Positions 24,019 through 32,000 of a stretch of DNA of 32,000 nucleotides are shown here, in pieces. The DNA is taken from positions 1,290,001-1,322,000 of the forward strand of contig OY969425.1 in the NCBI GenBank assembly GCA_963699255.1, in the 5' to 3' direction. Below the pieces are notes generated by a model. It searched no databases and had not been told where the DNA came from. It saw nothing but the letters and a program-made list of their open reading frames with translations. The stretch's first letter is position 1. Each line of letters starts with the position of its first letter. This stretch comes from an uncultured bacterium (GTDB lineage Bacteria > Margulisbacteria > WOR-1 > CAVSGV01). Position numbers and translations under genes: made by a program.

Positions 24019-24050
24019 ATTATATCATAAGAAGAAGAGCTATATGAACT
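24019..24050 (-). promoter_or_regulatory. Extended -10 promoter of rmlC
   Basis: Minus strand reads CATATAGCTCTTCTTCTTATGATATAAT, then 7 nt to ATG 24011. TGATATAAT is TGnTATAAT. Shares TAGCTCTTCTT with the leuD module. Confidence 0.55.
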
Positions 24051-24077
24051 AGAAGTGAAAGAAGTAAAGGAGTTCAT

Positions 24078-24160
24078 AGGTCAAGATGTTCAAGACGCAA
24101 AAACGTCTTATACCTCTTAACCTCTTAACATCTTAACCTCTACCCTTCTCAACCTCTTCC
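24078..24160 (+). repeat. Octamer-periodic CT-rich array with embedded hairpin
   Basis: AAGACG-caaaaa-CGTCTT (24092-24109), then CTTATACC TCTTAACC TCTTAACA TCTTAACC TCTACCC TTCTCAACC TCTTCC. AGGTCAAGATGTT (24078-24090) is 12/13 complementary to AACATCTTAACCT (24127-24139). Confidence 0.5.
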
Positions 24161-24161
24161 C

Positions 24162-24193
24162 CTATAGCTCCTCTAGCTCTTTTTTGTTATAAT
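24162..24193 (+). promoter_or_regulatory. Extended -10 promoter module upstream of the Zn-peptidase gene
   Basis: CTATAGCTCCTCTAGCTCTTTTTTGTTATAAT (TGTTATAAT). A 32-nt leader with GGGGAGG precedes ATG 24226. Confidence 0.6.
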
Positions 24194-24225
24194 GCTCTTC
24201 TTTCAACGGGGAGGTTTAAATAACT

Positions 24226-24915
24226 ATGATGTTTTACCCGTTCGACCCGACTTTTGTTCTTCTTATTCCGGCGATCCTGCTGGCGCTTTACGCCCAGTTC
24301 AAGGTCCAGGCCACGTATTCGCAGATGTCCCAGGTGCGTTCGAAAAAGGGGCTGACCGGCGCTGCGGCGGGAAGAAAACTGCTTGATGCTTCGGGATTAA
24401 GCAATATCGGCATTGAACAGATCGGCGGGAACCTGACGGATAACTACGATCCCAGGGACAAAATCCTTCACCTCTCGGAAGGCGTATATAATAACGATTC
24501 CATAGCCGCCATGGGGATCGTGGCTCACGAGGTGGGACACGCCGTTCAGGACCTGAAAGCATACGCGCCTCTTAAGATAAGAAGCGGCCTTGTCCCGGCC
24601 GCCAACATCGGCTCGCAACTGGCGATACCTCTTTTCTTTCTCGGAATGATCTTCAGCTATCCCAGGCTTATGGACATCGGCATAATCGCATTTTCACTGG
24701 CGGTAGTTTTCACGATAGTAACGCTTCCAGTTGAGTTCAACGCGAGCAAAAGGGGAATTGCGATGCTTTCCGACGGCGGTTTTCTCGCCAAAGACGAGGT
24801 CCCTCTCGCAAAAAAAGTTCTTGATGCCGCGGCTCTGACCTATGTTGCCGCGACCGCGATGGCGGTGCTGAACCTGATCAGGCTTCTGGCTATTCGCGGA
24901 GAAAGAAGAGATTAA
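24226..24915 (+). CDS. Membrane zinc metallopeptidase (YugP-like, HExxH)
   Basis: HEVGHAVQ motif flanked by N- and C-terminal transmembrane helices. Confidence 0.75.
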   Translation: MMFYPFDPTFVLLIPAILLALYAQFKVQATYSQMSQVRSKKGLTGAAAGRKLLDASGLSNIGIEQIGGNLTDNYDPRDKILHLSEGVYNNDSIAAMGIVAHEVGHAVQDLKAYAPLKIRSGLVPAANIGSQLAIPLFFLGMIFSYPRLMDIGIIAFSLAVVFTIVTLPVEFNASKRGIAMLSDGGFLAKDEVPLAKKVLDAAALTYVAATAMAVLNLIRLLAIRGERRD

Positions 24916-24923
24916 ATATTTAT

Positions 24924-24950
24924 GGACCCGCGAATTTATTTGCAGGTTCC
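24924..24950 (+). repeat. Degenerate REP-like hairpin
   Basis: GGACCCGCGAATTTATTTGCAGGTTCC versus the type A element read on the minus strand, GGAACCGCGACTTTCAGTCGCAGGTTC. Confidence 0.4.
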
Positions 24951-24959
24951 TCAGTTTAC

Positions 24960-25883
24960 ATGAATAATCCTCACAGGCTCCTCATTATCATCGGGCCGAC
25001 GGCCGTCGGCAAGTCAAAACTGGCGATAGAGCTCGCGAAAAAACTCGACGGCGAGGTGATCTCCGCCGATTCCATGCAGGTCTATTTCGGAATGGACATA
25101 GGCACGGCCAAGCCGTCAAAAGAAGAACTTGAAGATGTCCCCCACCATTTGATCAACATCATCCCGCCGGATAAGAACTGGAGCGTCTCCGATTTCGTTT
25201 CGAACGCCAAGAATATCATCAAGGATATCGTCAAAAGGGACAAGCTCCCGATCGTTGTCGGCGGAACCGGTTTATATTTGAACGCCCTGATCGCGGGATA
25301 TTCTTTTCCAGTCATCGAGGCCAACAAAGATATAAGGGAAAGGCTTGAAGGAGAGGCGAAAGCGTTTGGGAGCGTCCATTTATACGAAAAGCTCAAGAAG
25401 GCGGATCCGGATGCGGCATCAAAGATACACTTCAACGATCTTAAGCGCATCATAAGGGCGCTTGAGGTTTTTGAAATTACCGGAAAGCCGATGTCTCTGC
25501 TTCAGTCAAAAGATGAGGAAAATCTGCCTTACGAAACGGTGATCGTTGGCCTTGATATGGAAAGAAAAAAGTTATATGAGAGGATCGAAAAAAGGGTTGA
25601 CCAGATGCTTAAGGCCGGGCTTATCGACGAGGTGAAAAAGCTTATAGGCGAAGGCTACGACAGAAATCTGACGTCGATGCAGGCAATAGGATACAAGGAA
25701 GTTGCCGAGCATCTTCACGGAAAATACACACATGATGAACTGGTCAATATCCTTAAGCAGAATACCCGTAACTTTGCCAAGCGCCAGATGACATGGTTCA
25801 GACGATTTAAGAATGTGAACTGGTTTGACGTTGAAAACCTGAACTCCGGTGATATCATTAAGCTGATTGAACAGGAGGGATAA
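24960..25883 (+). CDS. miaA: tRNA dimethylallyltransferase
   Basis: GPTAVGKSKLAIELAK P-loop, SADSMQVYFGMDIGTAKP, FAKRQMTWFR. Confidence 0.9.
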   Translation: MNNPHRLLIIIGPTAVGKSKLAIELAKKLDGEVISADSMQVYFGMDIGTAKPSKEELEDVPHHLINIIPPDKNWSVSDFVSNAKNIIKDIVKRDKLPIVVGGTGLYLNALIAGYSFPVIEANKDIRERLEGEAKAFGSVHLYEKLKKADPDAASKIHFNDLKRIIRALEVFEITGKPMSLLQSKDEENLPYETVIVGLDMERKKLYERIEKRVDQMLKAGLIDEVKKLIGEGYDRNLTSMQAIGYKEVAEHLHGKYTHDELVNILKQNTRNFAKRQMTWFRRFKNVNWFDVENLNSGDIIKLIEQEG

Positions 25884-25885
25884 TT

Positions 25886-26071
25886 ATGCCGCTGGTAAAG
25901 ATCGAGATGTGGGCCGGACGATCGGCAGAGCAGAAAGAAAAGATCATCCAGAACGTTACTAAAGCTGTTTGCGATTCCGTTGGCTGCCCTAAGGAAGCCG
26001 TATGGGTGGTAATAGAGGATGTTCCTAAAGAGAACTGGGGAATGAACGGGGAGCAGTGTTCTAAAAAGTAG
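25886..26071 (+). CDS. 4-oxalocrotonate tautomerase family protein
   Basis: 61 aa. MPLVKIEMWAGRS with catalytic Pro1 context. RBS AGGAGGG. Confidence 0.75.
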   Translation: MPLVKIEMWAGRSAEQKEKIIQNVTKAVCDSVGCPKEAVWVVIEDVPKENWGMNGEQCSKK

Positions 26072-26181
26072 TCTGTGGGATTGGGATGTGTTGTGTGTTT
26101 GGTCGTTGGGATGAGGATGAGGATTCTAATTCTAACCCTAATTCCAATCCTTTATCCTATACTCACGTCTCATCCTCATCC
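26072..26181. terminator. Low-complexity palindromic tract between convergent genes
   Basis: GGATGAGGATGAG (26109-26121) is perfectly complementary to CTCATCCTCATCC (26169-26181). Inner GGATT..AATCC. Left half is G/T/A-rich, right half C/T/A-rich. Confidence 0.55.
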
Positions 26182-27567
26182 TTTAACTATCTTTGTTACT
26201 GACTCTATATGAAAACTGTGCGGGAACATATCCACCGGCTGAACTTCGACGATATTAAAGCCATTGCCCGATAGATAAGAGAGATCGCGCGCAAGCGTGG
26301 ATGGATTGCAGGAAATATAGATTATCTTCCTGAAATTCGACTTCGCGATGGTCTTGAGGACCTTCTCCTCGCATCCTCCTCTCGGCGGATCAAGGATAAG
26401 TATGTCCCCTTCTTTAAGGTCCGGCAGTATCCTCTCGACTTTTCCGATATTGAACCTGCAGTTCTCTATCTTGTTAAGTTCAGCGTTCACCGACGCGTCA
26501 TATACCGCCTGCTTCACCTCTTCTATCCCGTAAACGTACTGGACATGCTCCGCGAACCACAGGGCGACCGTTCCGATGCCCGAGTAAGCGTCGATGACAG
26601 TGTCTCTGCCGGACAGCTGGGCGAATTCAAGCGCCTTGTTGTACAGGACCTCTGTTTGGATCGGATTTGTCTGGTAAAATGAATCGTTCGAAACCTTGAA
26701 TTTTAAGTCTCCCATCTTATCATAGATGAAATCCCTGCCCCATAATATCCAGCTTTTTTCGCCGAGGATCACATTGGTCTGCCTCGGATTCAGGTTCTGG
26801 CATATCCCGACCACATTGATGCCATCTCTCCTGCAGTGATCGAGAACTTCTTTGACCAGAGCCTTGGAACCTGGGATCCCTTTCTCGTTGGTAATGAAGG
26901 TCAGCAGGACTTCTCCCGTACCAAATCCCACCCGGGCCCTGAGATGCCTGAACAGGCCTCTCGCCCTGTCTTCGCTGTAAGCCGAGTAGCCGGATTTGTT
27001 CAACGCATCCTTAACGATCTTCGCCGCCCTTGATAACTTCGGATGTTCAATGGGACATGTATTGATATCAACGATATCATGCGTCCCCTGCCTGTAGTAT
27101 CCCATTTCGAGCTTTGTATCTTTCGCCCCACGCTCGCCCCGCACGGAGTTGCGGGGTCTCGCATCTCCGATCGGATATTGGATTTTATTCCTGAATCCCC
27201 ATGGATCCTTCATGCCGATAATATCGTCCACTCTTACCTGTTTAAGATGCCCAAGCCGTTCAAGCGTATCTTTGACGATCTTCGTCTTGAACCTCAACTG
27301 CGCGGGATAGCTGATATTCTGCCACTGGCATCCTCCGCACTCGCGGGCCAGCGGGCATTTCAAAGCGACCCTGTCCGGTGACGGTTTGATCACGTCGACA
27401 ATTTTTCCCCTGGCAAAATTCCTCTTTATGTCAAAAAGCTTGACCTTTAGCTCATCGCCGGGGACTGAATCGGGGACAAAGACCGCAAGGCCGCCGGACC
27501 TGCCAACCCCTTCCCCGCCCATGGCAAGGTCGTCGATCCTCAGATTCACAGTTTCGTTTAATTTCAT
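26176..27567 (-). CDS. rlmD: 23S rRNA (uracil-5-)-methyltransferase RlmD/RumA family
   Basis: N-terminal TRAM domain, Fe-S Cys cluster CPLARECGGCQWQ, SAM motif DAYSGIGT, C-terminal YISCNP. Confidence 0.85.
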   Translation of the reverse strand: MKLNETVNLRIDDLAMGGEGVGRSGGLAVFVPDSVPGDELKVKLFDIKRNFARGKIVDVIKPSPDRVALKCPLARECGGCQWQNISYPAQLRFKTKIVKDTLERLGHLKQVRVDDIIGMKDPWGFRNKIQYPIGDARPRNSVRGERGAKDTKLEMGYYRQGTHDIVDINTCPIEHPKLSRAAKIVKDALNKSGYSAYSEDRARGLFRHLRARVGFGTGEVLLTFITNEKGIPGSKALVKEVLDHCRRDGINVVGICQNLNPRQTNVILGEKSWILWGRDFIYDKMGDLKFKVSNDSFYQTNPIQTEVLYNKALEFAQLSGRDTVIDAYSGIGTVALWFAEHVQYVYGIEEVKQAVYDASVNAELNKIENCRFNIGKVERILPDLKEGDILILDPPRGGCEEKVLKTIAKSNFRKIIYISCNPSTLARDLSYLSGNGFNIVEVQPVDMFPHSFHIESVTKIVKG

Positions 27568-27616
27568 ATCAATATACTCATCATGATCATGTTGTTATTA
27601 TACTGCTCAAAATATC

Positions 27617-27639
27617 CAATAAAAATGAAATTTTTATTG
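27617..27639. promoter_or_regulatory. Perfect AT-rich palindrome in a divergent intergenic region
   Basis: CAATAAAAAT-gaa-ATTTTTATTG (10-bp arms). Followed by CACGA-N10-TCGTG (27646-27665). Confidence 0.35.
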
Positions 27640-27693
27640 ATATACCACGATAATAAGCTGTCGTGATCTCATACTATAAGGAGAATGATACTA

Positions 27694-28440
27694 ATGCCGA
27701 AAATAACATGGAAAACAGTCAATATCGATCTGAAGCTTAATGGAGCAATAAGAAAAGTATACCCGAAAAACAAGGGATACACGATAGAATGGGATATGAG
27801 GAATCTACGGAAAGGCGCAACAAAAATGTTCGCTGACCTGAGAACCCTTAACAATGAACAGCTTGTGGTCCCAAAAGACGAAACAAGGGACTTTACGCCT
27901 CGAGAACTCTACGCCGGCAAAGATTTTATAAAGAGTGTGATCAATGGTCGGGGAAGTTGCGGCACTGAATGGACCCTTAAGATGGAAATGGAAAAGGATG
28001 CTCTCGCGATTAGCCATGTTCGATATCACTGGTTTAGCGGTGGCGACCACACAATAAATCACATATTAAAGATCTCCAAAACGTCAGTGTTTTCATCGTT
28101 TAGTCAGGATGGTGAAAGCATGGGCGGCCCAATATACGGCGGCATATCCAATGATCCGAAGTGCGAGAATGCAATTGCCAACCCGTTAAGAAAAATAATA
28201 TTCCGGAAAATTGATCGAGGGTGGGGAAAAGAAAATTGGAGTTTCTGGCTGATTGCCAATCCCGAAGCATACAAGGTAATAAAAAATGCGACTAAAGACA
28301 TGGCCTTTATTAAGGTAGCTCACATAGAAGATGAGCGTGACATAACCAAAGTACCAAATCATGCTTTGCGGTTAACATTAAGGCTTATTGACAAAGTAGA
28401 GAAAAAGAAAGAGGAAATTGATTGGATCAATTGGGACTGA
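27694..28440 (+). CDS. Hypothetical protein (AT-rich orphan)
   Basis: Long ORF. AAGGAG at 27678-27683 favours ATG 27694 over 27685. No recognisable motif. Confidence 0.5.
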   Translation: MPKITWKTVNIDLKLNGAIRKVYPKNKGYTIEWDMRNLRKGATKMFADLRTLNNEQLVVPKDETRDFTPRELYAGKDFIKSVINGRGSCGTEWTLKMEMEKDALAISHVRYHWFSGGDHTINHILKISKTSVFSSFSQDGESMGGPIYGGISNDPKCENAIANPLRKIIFRKIDRGWGKENWSFWLIANPEAYKVIKNATKDMAFIKVAHIEDERDITKVPNHALRLTLRLIDKVEKKKEEIDWINWD

Positions 28441-28465
28441 TCATACTTGCCCGTCAATAATTGAG

Positions 28466-29167
28466 ATGTTATCATTCGCCTGCATGGCAAAAGACTTGGG
28501 TAAAAGGATCGACTTCCATATCCATTCGATATTAAGCGACGGAATGCTCCTTCCCGCCGCCATGGCGAGGGAAGCCGAGGTCAAAGGCATTTCTGCCATC
28601 GCGATAACCGACCACGTGGATGCGTCAAACCTGGAGGAAGTGCTTGCCGCCCTTACGAAATTCGTCAAAAAGCAGGGGAAAACGCTGCCTATTCAGGTCC
28701 TTCCAGGTGTTGAGCTGAGCTATCTCAGACCGGACCTTATTAAGAATTATGCCAGGCAGTCGCGCAAGCTGGGCGCAAAGGTCGTTATTGTCCATGGCCA
28801 ATCCCCGGTTGAGCCGGTGATCCCGGGAACTAATCTCGAATCGGTCAAGCTCAAAAGTCTCGTTGATATCCTGGCCCATCCGGGAAACACCCTCACCGAA
28901 GAAGAAGCAAGTCTGGCAAAAGAGAACGGCATTTTCCTGGAACTCTCGACCCGCAGAGGACATAAGGAAGGCAACAGGCATGTGGCTCAGATGGCAAAGA
29001 AAACCGGCGCGAAGCTCCTCGTCAATACCGATTCGCATACCGAAACCGACCTGATAACTCAGGAACAGGCTTATCAGGTCGCCCTGGATGCCGGACTAAG
29101 CGAAGAAGAAGCGATTAAAGTCATCAGGGATAATCCAAAGGAACTTCTGGCCAGGATGAAATTTTGA
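28466..29167 (+). CDS. PHP-domain metal-dependent phosphoesterase
   Basis: IDFHIHSILSDG and AITDHVD motifs, later HG and DSH. Start ambiguous (28418 TTG, 28466 or 28484). Confidence 0.7.
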   Translation: MLSFACMAKDLGKRIDFHIHSILSDGMLLPAAMAREAEVKGISAIAITDHVDASNLEEVLAALTKFVKKQGKTLPIQVLPGVELSYLRPDLIKNYARQSRKLGAKVVIVHGQSPVEPVIPGTNLESVKLKSLVDILAHPGNTLTEEEASLAKENGIFLELSTRRGHKEGNRHVAQMAKKTGAKLLVNTDSHTETDLITQEQAYQVALDAGLSEEEAIKVIRDNPKELLARMKF

Positions 29168-29222
29168 TCAATTTGGTTCGATAATATATAGGAAGATTAA
29201 ATTCGCCTGAAGGAGATTTTAT

Positions 29223-29519
29223 ATGCCGGTAGATGGACTCTCATCGAGTGATTTCAAGTTAAAGACTATATACCCATCAAAAGGTACAAGTGAACAAGAA
29301 TCACCGACAGAGTTTGTAATTGTAAAGAAAAATGATACATTATGGAATATCGTAAAAACCATATATGGGGGTTCCCAAAAACAAATTAAGGAGACAGTAA
29401 AAGTAATAGGAGAAAACAATAATATTGATCCTGATAAGATATTTCCGAGGCAAAAAATTAAATTGCTCAGCGATAATCAATTTGCAACGATATATCCGGA
29501 TTTAATTGATGTGGATTGA
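29223..29519 (+). CDS. Small LysM-domain protein
   Basis: VIVKKNDTLWNIVKTIYGG...IDPDKIFPRQKIKL LysM pattern. RBS GAAGGAG. No signal peptide seen. Confidence 0.65.
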   Translation: MPVDGLSSSDFKLKTIYPSKGTSEQESPTEFVIVKKNDTLWNIVKTIYGGSQKQIKETVKVIGENNNIDPDKIFPRQKIKLLSDNQFATIYPDLIDVD

Positions 29520-29550
29520 CGAATTGTCCCTCAGGGATTTGCCGTACTAT

Positions 29551-30843
29551 TCATTTTGAAAGGGACGTGTCACAAGGTTTCTCCGACAGCGGATAATAGA
29601 TCATTATCCAGAACGCCAGGGCCAGCGCTACGATAGGAAGCCCCGCCGCAAGAATTCTCAGACCGAGTAAAAATGCTTTGGTCTGGGTAAATATAACAGG
29701 ATTATACTTCGTGAAGTTGAAAATGAACCCGATACTTACGGCTTCGAGAGCTATCGCAAATCTGCATATGAACGCGTTCATGCCAAAATACATGCCCTCC
29801 CGCCTCACTCCCGTTTTCGTTTCGTCATAATCGATCACGTCCGAGATCAGGACATCTGACAAAAGTATTATGCCGGCAAGTCCGATCCCGAGAAATCCCG
29901 AGGAGATTATCGCGGAACCTATGCTCGAAATGAAAAGGAAAGGAACAAGCGCGAATAATAACATCAATATCGAGCACAGGTATGTGGCTTTTGCACCGTA
30001 CCTGACGGAAAGGGCCCTCCATACGAACATCATGAACATAGCGACCGCGAACGCGGAGAACAGGACCAGTGAAGTTTCAACCGCTCCTGCTCCAAGCACA
30101 TATTTCGCATAAAAAGGGATGATCGCAAGGACCATCGTAAAAGCATACTGGACGAGAAGGTTCGAGAAAACAAAAGTGACGAACGGGATATTCCTGAAAG
30201 TCGCGGAAAGGGCTGCTGACAATGGGAGCGGATTTGCGGTCATGTACTTTCTTGTTTCCCTGCTCCCTATCAGGGAAATGAAGCAGGTGAGCGTGATCAC
30301 GGCCCCAAAGATCGCACCCATTTTTGCCCATCCGATGGTGCTGTAGATCAAAGGCGGAAGTGCGATGCCTATGACCAGACCGATCATTCCCAGTGTCTGC
30401 CTGTATGAATTGACCTGCGCCCGCTCAGCCAGGCTCGGATACATTTCGGGATAAAGGGACGCCCAGTTAAGCACTACCACGGAATACAGGCCGTCGAATA
30501 AACAGATAACGATAAGGAAGTAAAAGAACAGGGCCATCATGCTGGAAGATCTAAACGGAGAGAACCATAACAGAAAATAAGCCGCGCCAAAAGGTATCGC
30601 TCCGAAAAATATGTAAGGGATGCGCCTGCCCCACCTTGTCCGCGTTGAATCCGAAATAAATCCGGCGATCGGGTCGTTCAGGGCGTTCCAGATGCCGTAT
30701 ATAAGCATGGCTGTGGCCGCGAGGCGCGCTTCAAGCCTTAGCACATCAACATAAAAGAACACGATGTAAGTGGAAAATGCCTGATAAGAAAGAGCGGTGG
30801 CGACCGCCCCGAAGCTGTAGCAGATCTTTTTTAGCTTGTTCAC
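29551..30843 (-). CDS. MFS transporter, GPH (glycoside-pentoside-hexuronide:cation symporter) family
   Basis: 12 helices. GPH loop motif DSTRTRWGRRIPY. GTG start overlaps the nrdD stop (GTGA). Confidence 0.75.
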   Translation of the reverse strand: MNKLKKICYSFGAVATALSYQAFSTYIVFFYVDVLRLEARLAATAMLIYGIWNALNDPIAGFISDSTRTRWGRRIPYIFFGAIPFGAAYFLLWFSPFRSSSMMALFFYFLIVICLFDGLYSVVVLNWASLYPEMYPSLAERAQVNSYRQTLGMIGLVIGIALPPLIYSTIGWAKMGAIFGAVITLTCFISLIGSRETRKYMTANPLPLSAALSATFRNIPFVTFVFSNLLVQYAFTMVLAIIPFYAKYVLGAGAVETSLVLFSAFAVAMFMMFVWRALSVRYGAKATYLCSILMLLFALVPFLFISSIGSAIISSGFLGIGLAGIILLSDVLISDVIDYDETKTGVRREGMYFGMNAFICRFAIALEAVSIGFIFNFTKYNPVIFTQTKAFLLGLRILAAGLPIVALALAFWIMIYYPLSEKPCDTSLSK

Positions 30844-32000
30844 TTGATCACGAATCTCTTGCGTTCTTCGAATTCCCTGCGTTTTCCGGGGTTCCAGTTC
30901 GATGTCCTTGTGAAGTATCCAACGATCCTGTTTATGTAGTCAATGATCCTGCCGTTGCACTCTGGACATTTTTTGTGTTTCCCCCAGGAGGTGTGATCGT
31001 TCTCGCAGACGCTGAAATCAGGGGAGAAAGCGAAATAAGCGAGCTTTGTCGCCGCCATTTTCTTGATGAGGGCCTTCATTGAATAGTGGTCAGGCTTGTT
31101 CTCCCCTATCCATATATGGCTTATTACCCCGCCGTTAAAATAGGGATGATACTGCGCTTCTATCATTATCTTGTCGGGAAGCGTCACGTTGGAGTTATAC
31201 GGAACATGAGTGGAGTTAGAGTAATATAGTTCAGCCCCGCCGCCCTGAACGCGGGCTCTTTTCCCAAATTTCCGCCTGTCATTCATAGCAAGCTTGTGCG
31301 TTGCCGATTCTGCAGGCGTCTGCTCAAGGGTATAAACGACATTGTCTTTTTTCGAGTATTCGGCTATTTTCCCGGACATCCTGGATATTATCTCAAGGCC
31401 TAGCTTTTGTCCCGCATCCGACGATATGCCCTCGCCTATAAGGTTGAGAAGGCATTCGTTCATGCCGATCACACCGAATGTCAGCCTTCTTTCTTTAAAG
31501 TTGTAATAAGGAACGCCGTCCCTTGTCTTCATTTTCAGGAAAGGCAGTATCTTCCATTTGTTCAGGCTCATCCTTAGGATTTCATTGCTTTCTCTCAAGG
31601 CCTGCCGGGTTATAAGCATCGCGCTTTCAAGTTTCCTGAAGAAATCCGTCCTGCCTCGTGATATCAGCGCCAGGTGGGGAAGGTTGATCGTCACGACCTT
31701 GTTCGATCCTGTTCCCAGTCCCCCGGCCATCCACACCCCGCCCGAATGTTCCACAAGAAGCCTGCAGCACATCGCATGCACGTATTTTTCATCAAGGTAA
31801 TCGGTGGTCAGGTTGAAGAAATATGGTGACCCGGTCTTGATCGCCGTCGCAACGGTAGAGTCAAAAAGCGGGTCGTCCCAGTCAAGGTCTTTTGTTATCG
31901 CCGTCGTGATTATCGGGAACGTGAAAGGGGCGCCGCTTCCGTCGCCTTCGCCCATGACCTCCATGAAAGCTTTGTATATCGTCCTTGCTTCCTCCCTGAA
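30840..32000 (-). CDS. nrdD: Anaerobic ribonucleoside-triphosphate reductase, C-terminal part (gene continues past the window)
   Basis: Zn ribbon CPECNGRI and glycyl-radical tail NRIVGYFTRTSNWNPGKRREFEERKRF. The frame stays open to base 32000. Confidence 0.85.
   Translation of the reverse strand, partial: FREEARTIYKAFMEVMGEGDGSGAPFTFPIITTAITKDLDWDDPLFDSTVATAIKTGSPYFFNLTTDYLDEKYVHAMCCRLLVEHSGGVWMAGGLGTGSNKVVTINLPHLALISRGRTDFFRKLESAMLITRQALRESNEILRMSLNKWKILPFLKMKTRDGVPYYNFKERRLTFGVIGMNECLLNLIGEGISSDAGQKLGLEIISRMSGKIAEYSKKDNVVYTLEQTPAESATHKLAMNDRRKFGKRARVQGGGAELYYSNSTHVPYNSNVTLPDKIMIEAQYHPYFNGGVISHIWIGENKPDHYSMKALIKKMAATKLAYFAFSPDFSVCENDHTSWGKHKKCPECNGRIIDYINRIVGYFTRTSNWNPGKRREFEERKRFVIK

Noticed and set aside
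24012-24077. The tracked rmlC ORF has an N-terminal extension, MNSFTSFTSSSYSSSSYDIIRI.
   Set aside because: The Ser/Tyr-rich peptide is simply a translation of the low-complexity promoter module (TAGCTCTTCTTCTTATGATATAAT). RmlC homology begins at MKINEV (ATG 24011).
29524-29569. GTCCCT...AGGGAC could be a terminator between the LysM gene and the MFS gene.
   Set aside because: It is a 6-bp stem with a loop of about 34 nt and no U-tract. The right arm lies inside the MFS coding region. This is too weak to call.

Overview
The window looks like a chromosomal segment of a diderm bacterium: it carries a secretin, an Lnt and an outer-membrane barrel. Coding density is high and composition is mosaic. 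Core-like genes spot-count near 60% GC (36/60 at 11521-11580). Several inserted blocks are much AT-richer (18/60 at 13261-13320; 24/60 at 10021-10080). Recognisable genes: ZIP transporter, IS200-like Y1 transposase, short lipoprotein secretin, ArnT-like GT, pyrC, rnc, leuC, an ankyrin protein, the C-terminal half of carB, lnt, a C92/YiiX amidase, nikR, an OM barrel, nikM, a PDGLE protein, leuD, a P-loop-degenerate ychF-like gene, an IDH-type dehydrogenase, archease, mgtC, rmlC, a Zn peptidase, miaA, a tautomerase, rlmD, PHP, LysM, a GPH/MFS transporter and partial nrdD. Main non-obvious signals: (1) The transposase is bracketed by inverted bulged hairpins. Four further copies of that hairpin lie in intergenic DNA, including a transposase-less doublet with a compensatory stem change (REPtron/RAYT-like). 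(2) Two near-identical sigma54 promoters drive an orphan secretin and an AT-rich operon of lipoprotein, amidase, propeller and Lnt. (3) Two tandem cassettes share upstream DNA, an N-terminal IGSVRD module and a C-terminal AMK, but have unrelated bodies. (4) Arrays of 7-8 nt period sit at gene ends, including a 26/30 inverted pair bracketing the nickel cassette. (5) Five promoters sit 7-10 nt from an ATG with no SD, suggesting leaderless mRNAs. (6) leuC and leuD are separated by 10 kb. No rRNA, tRNA or CRISPR array was seen.
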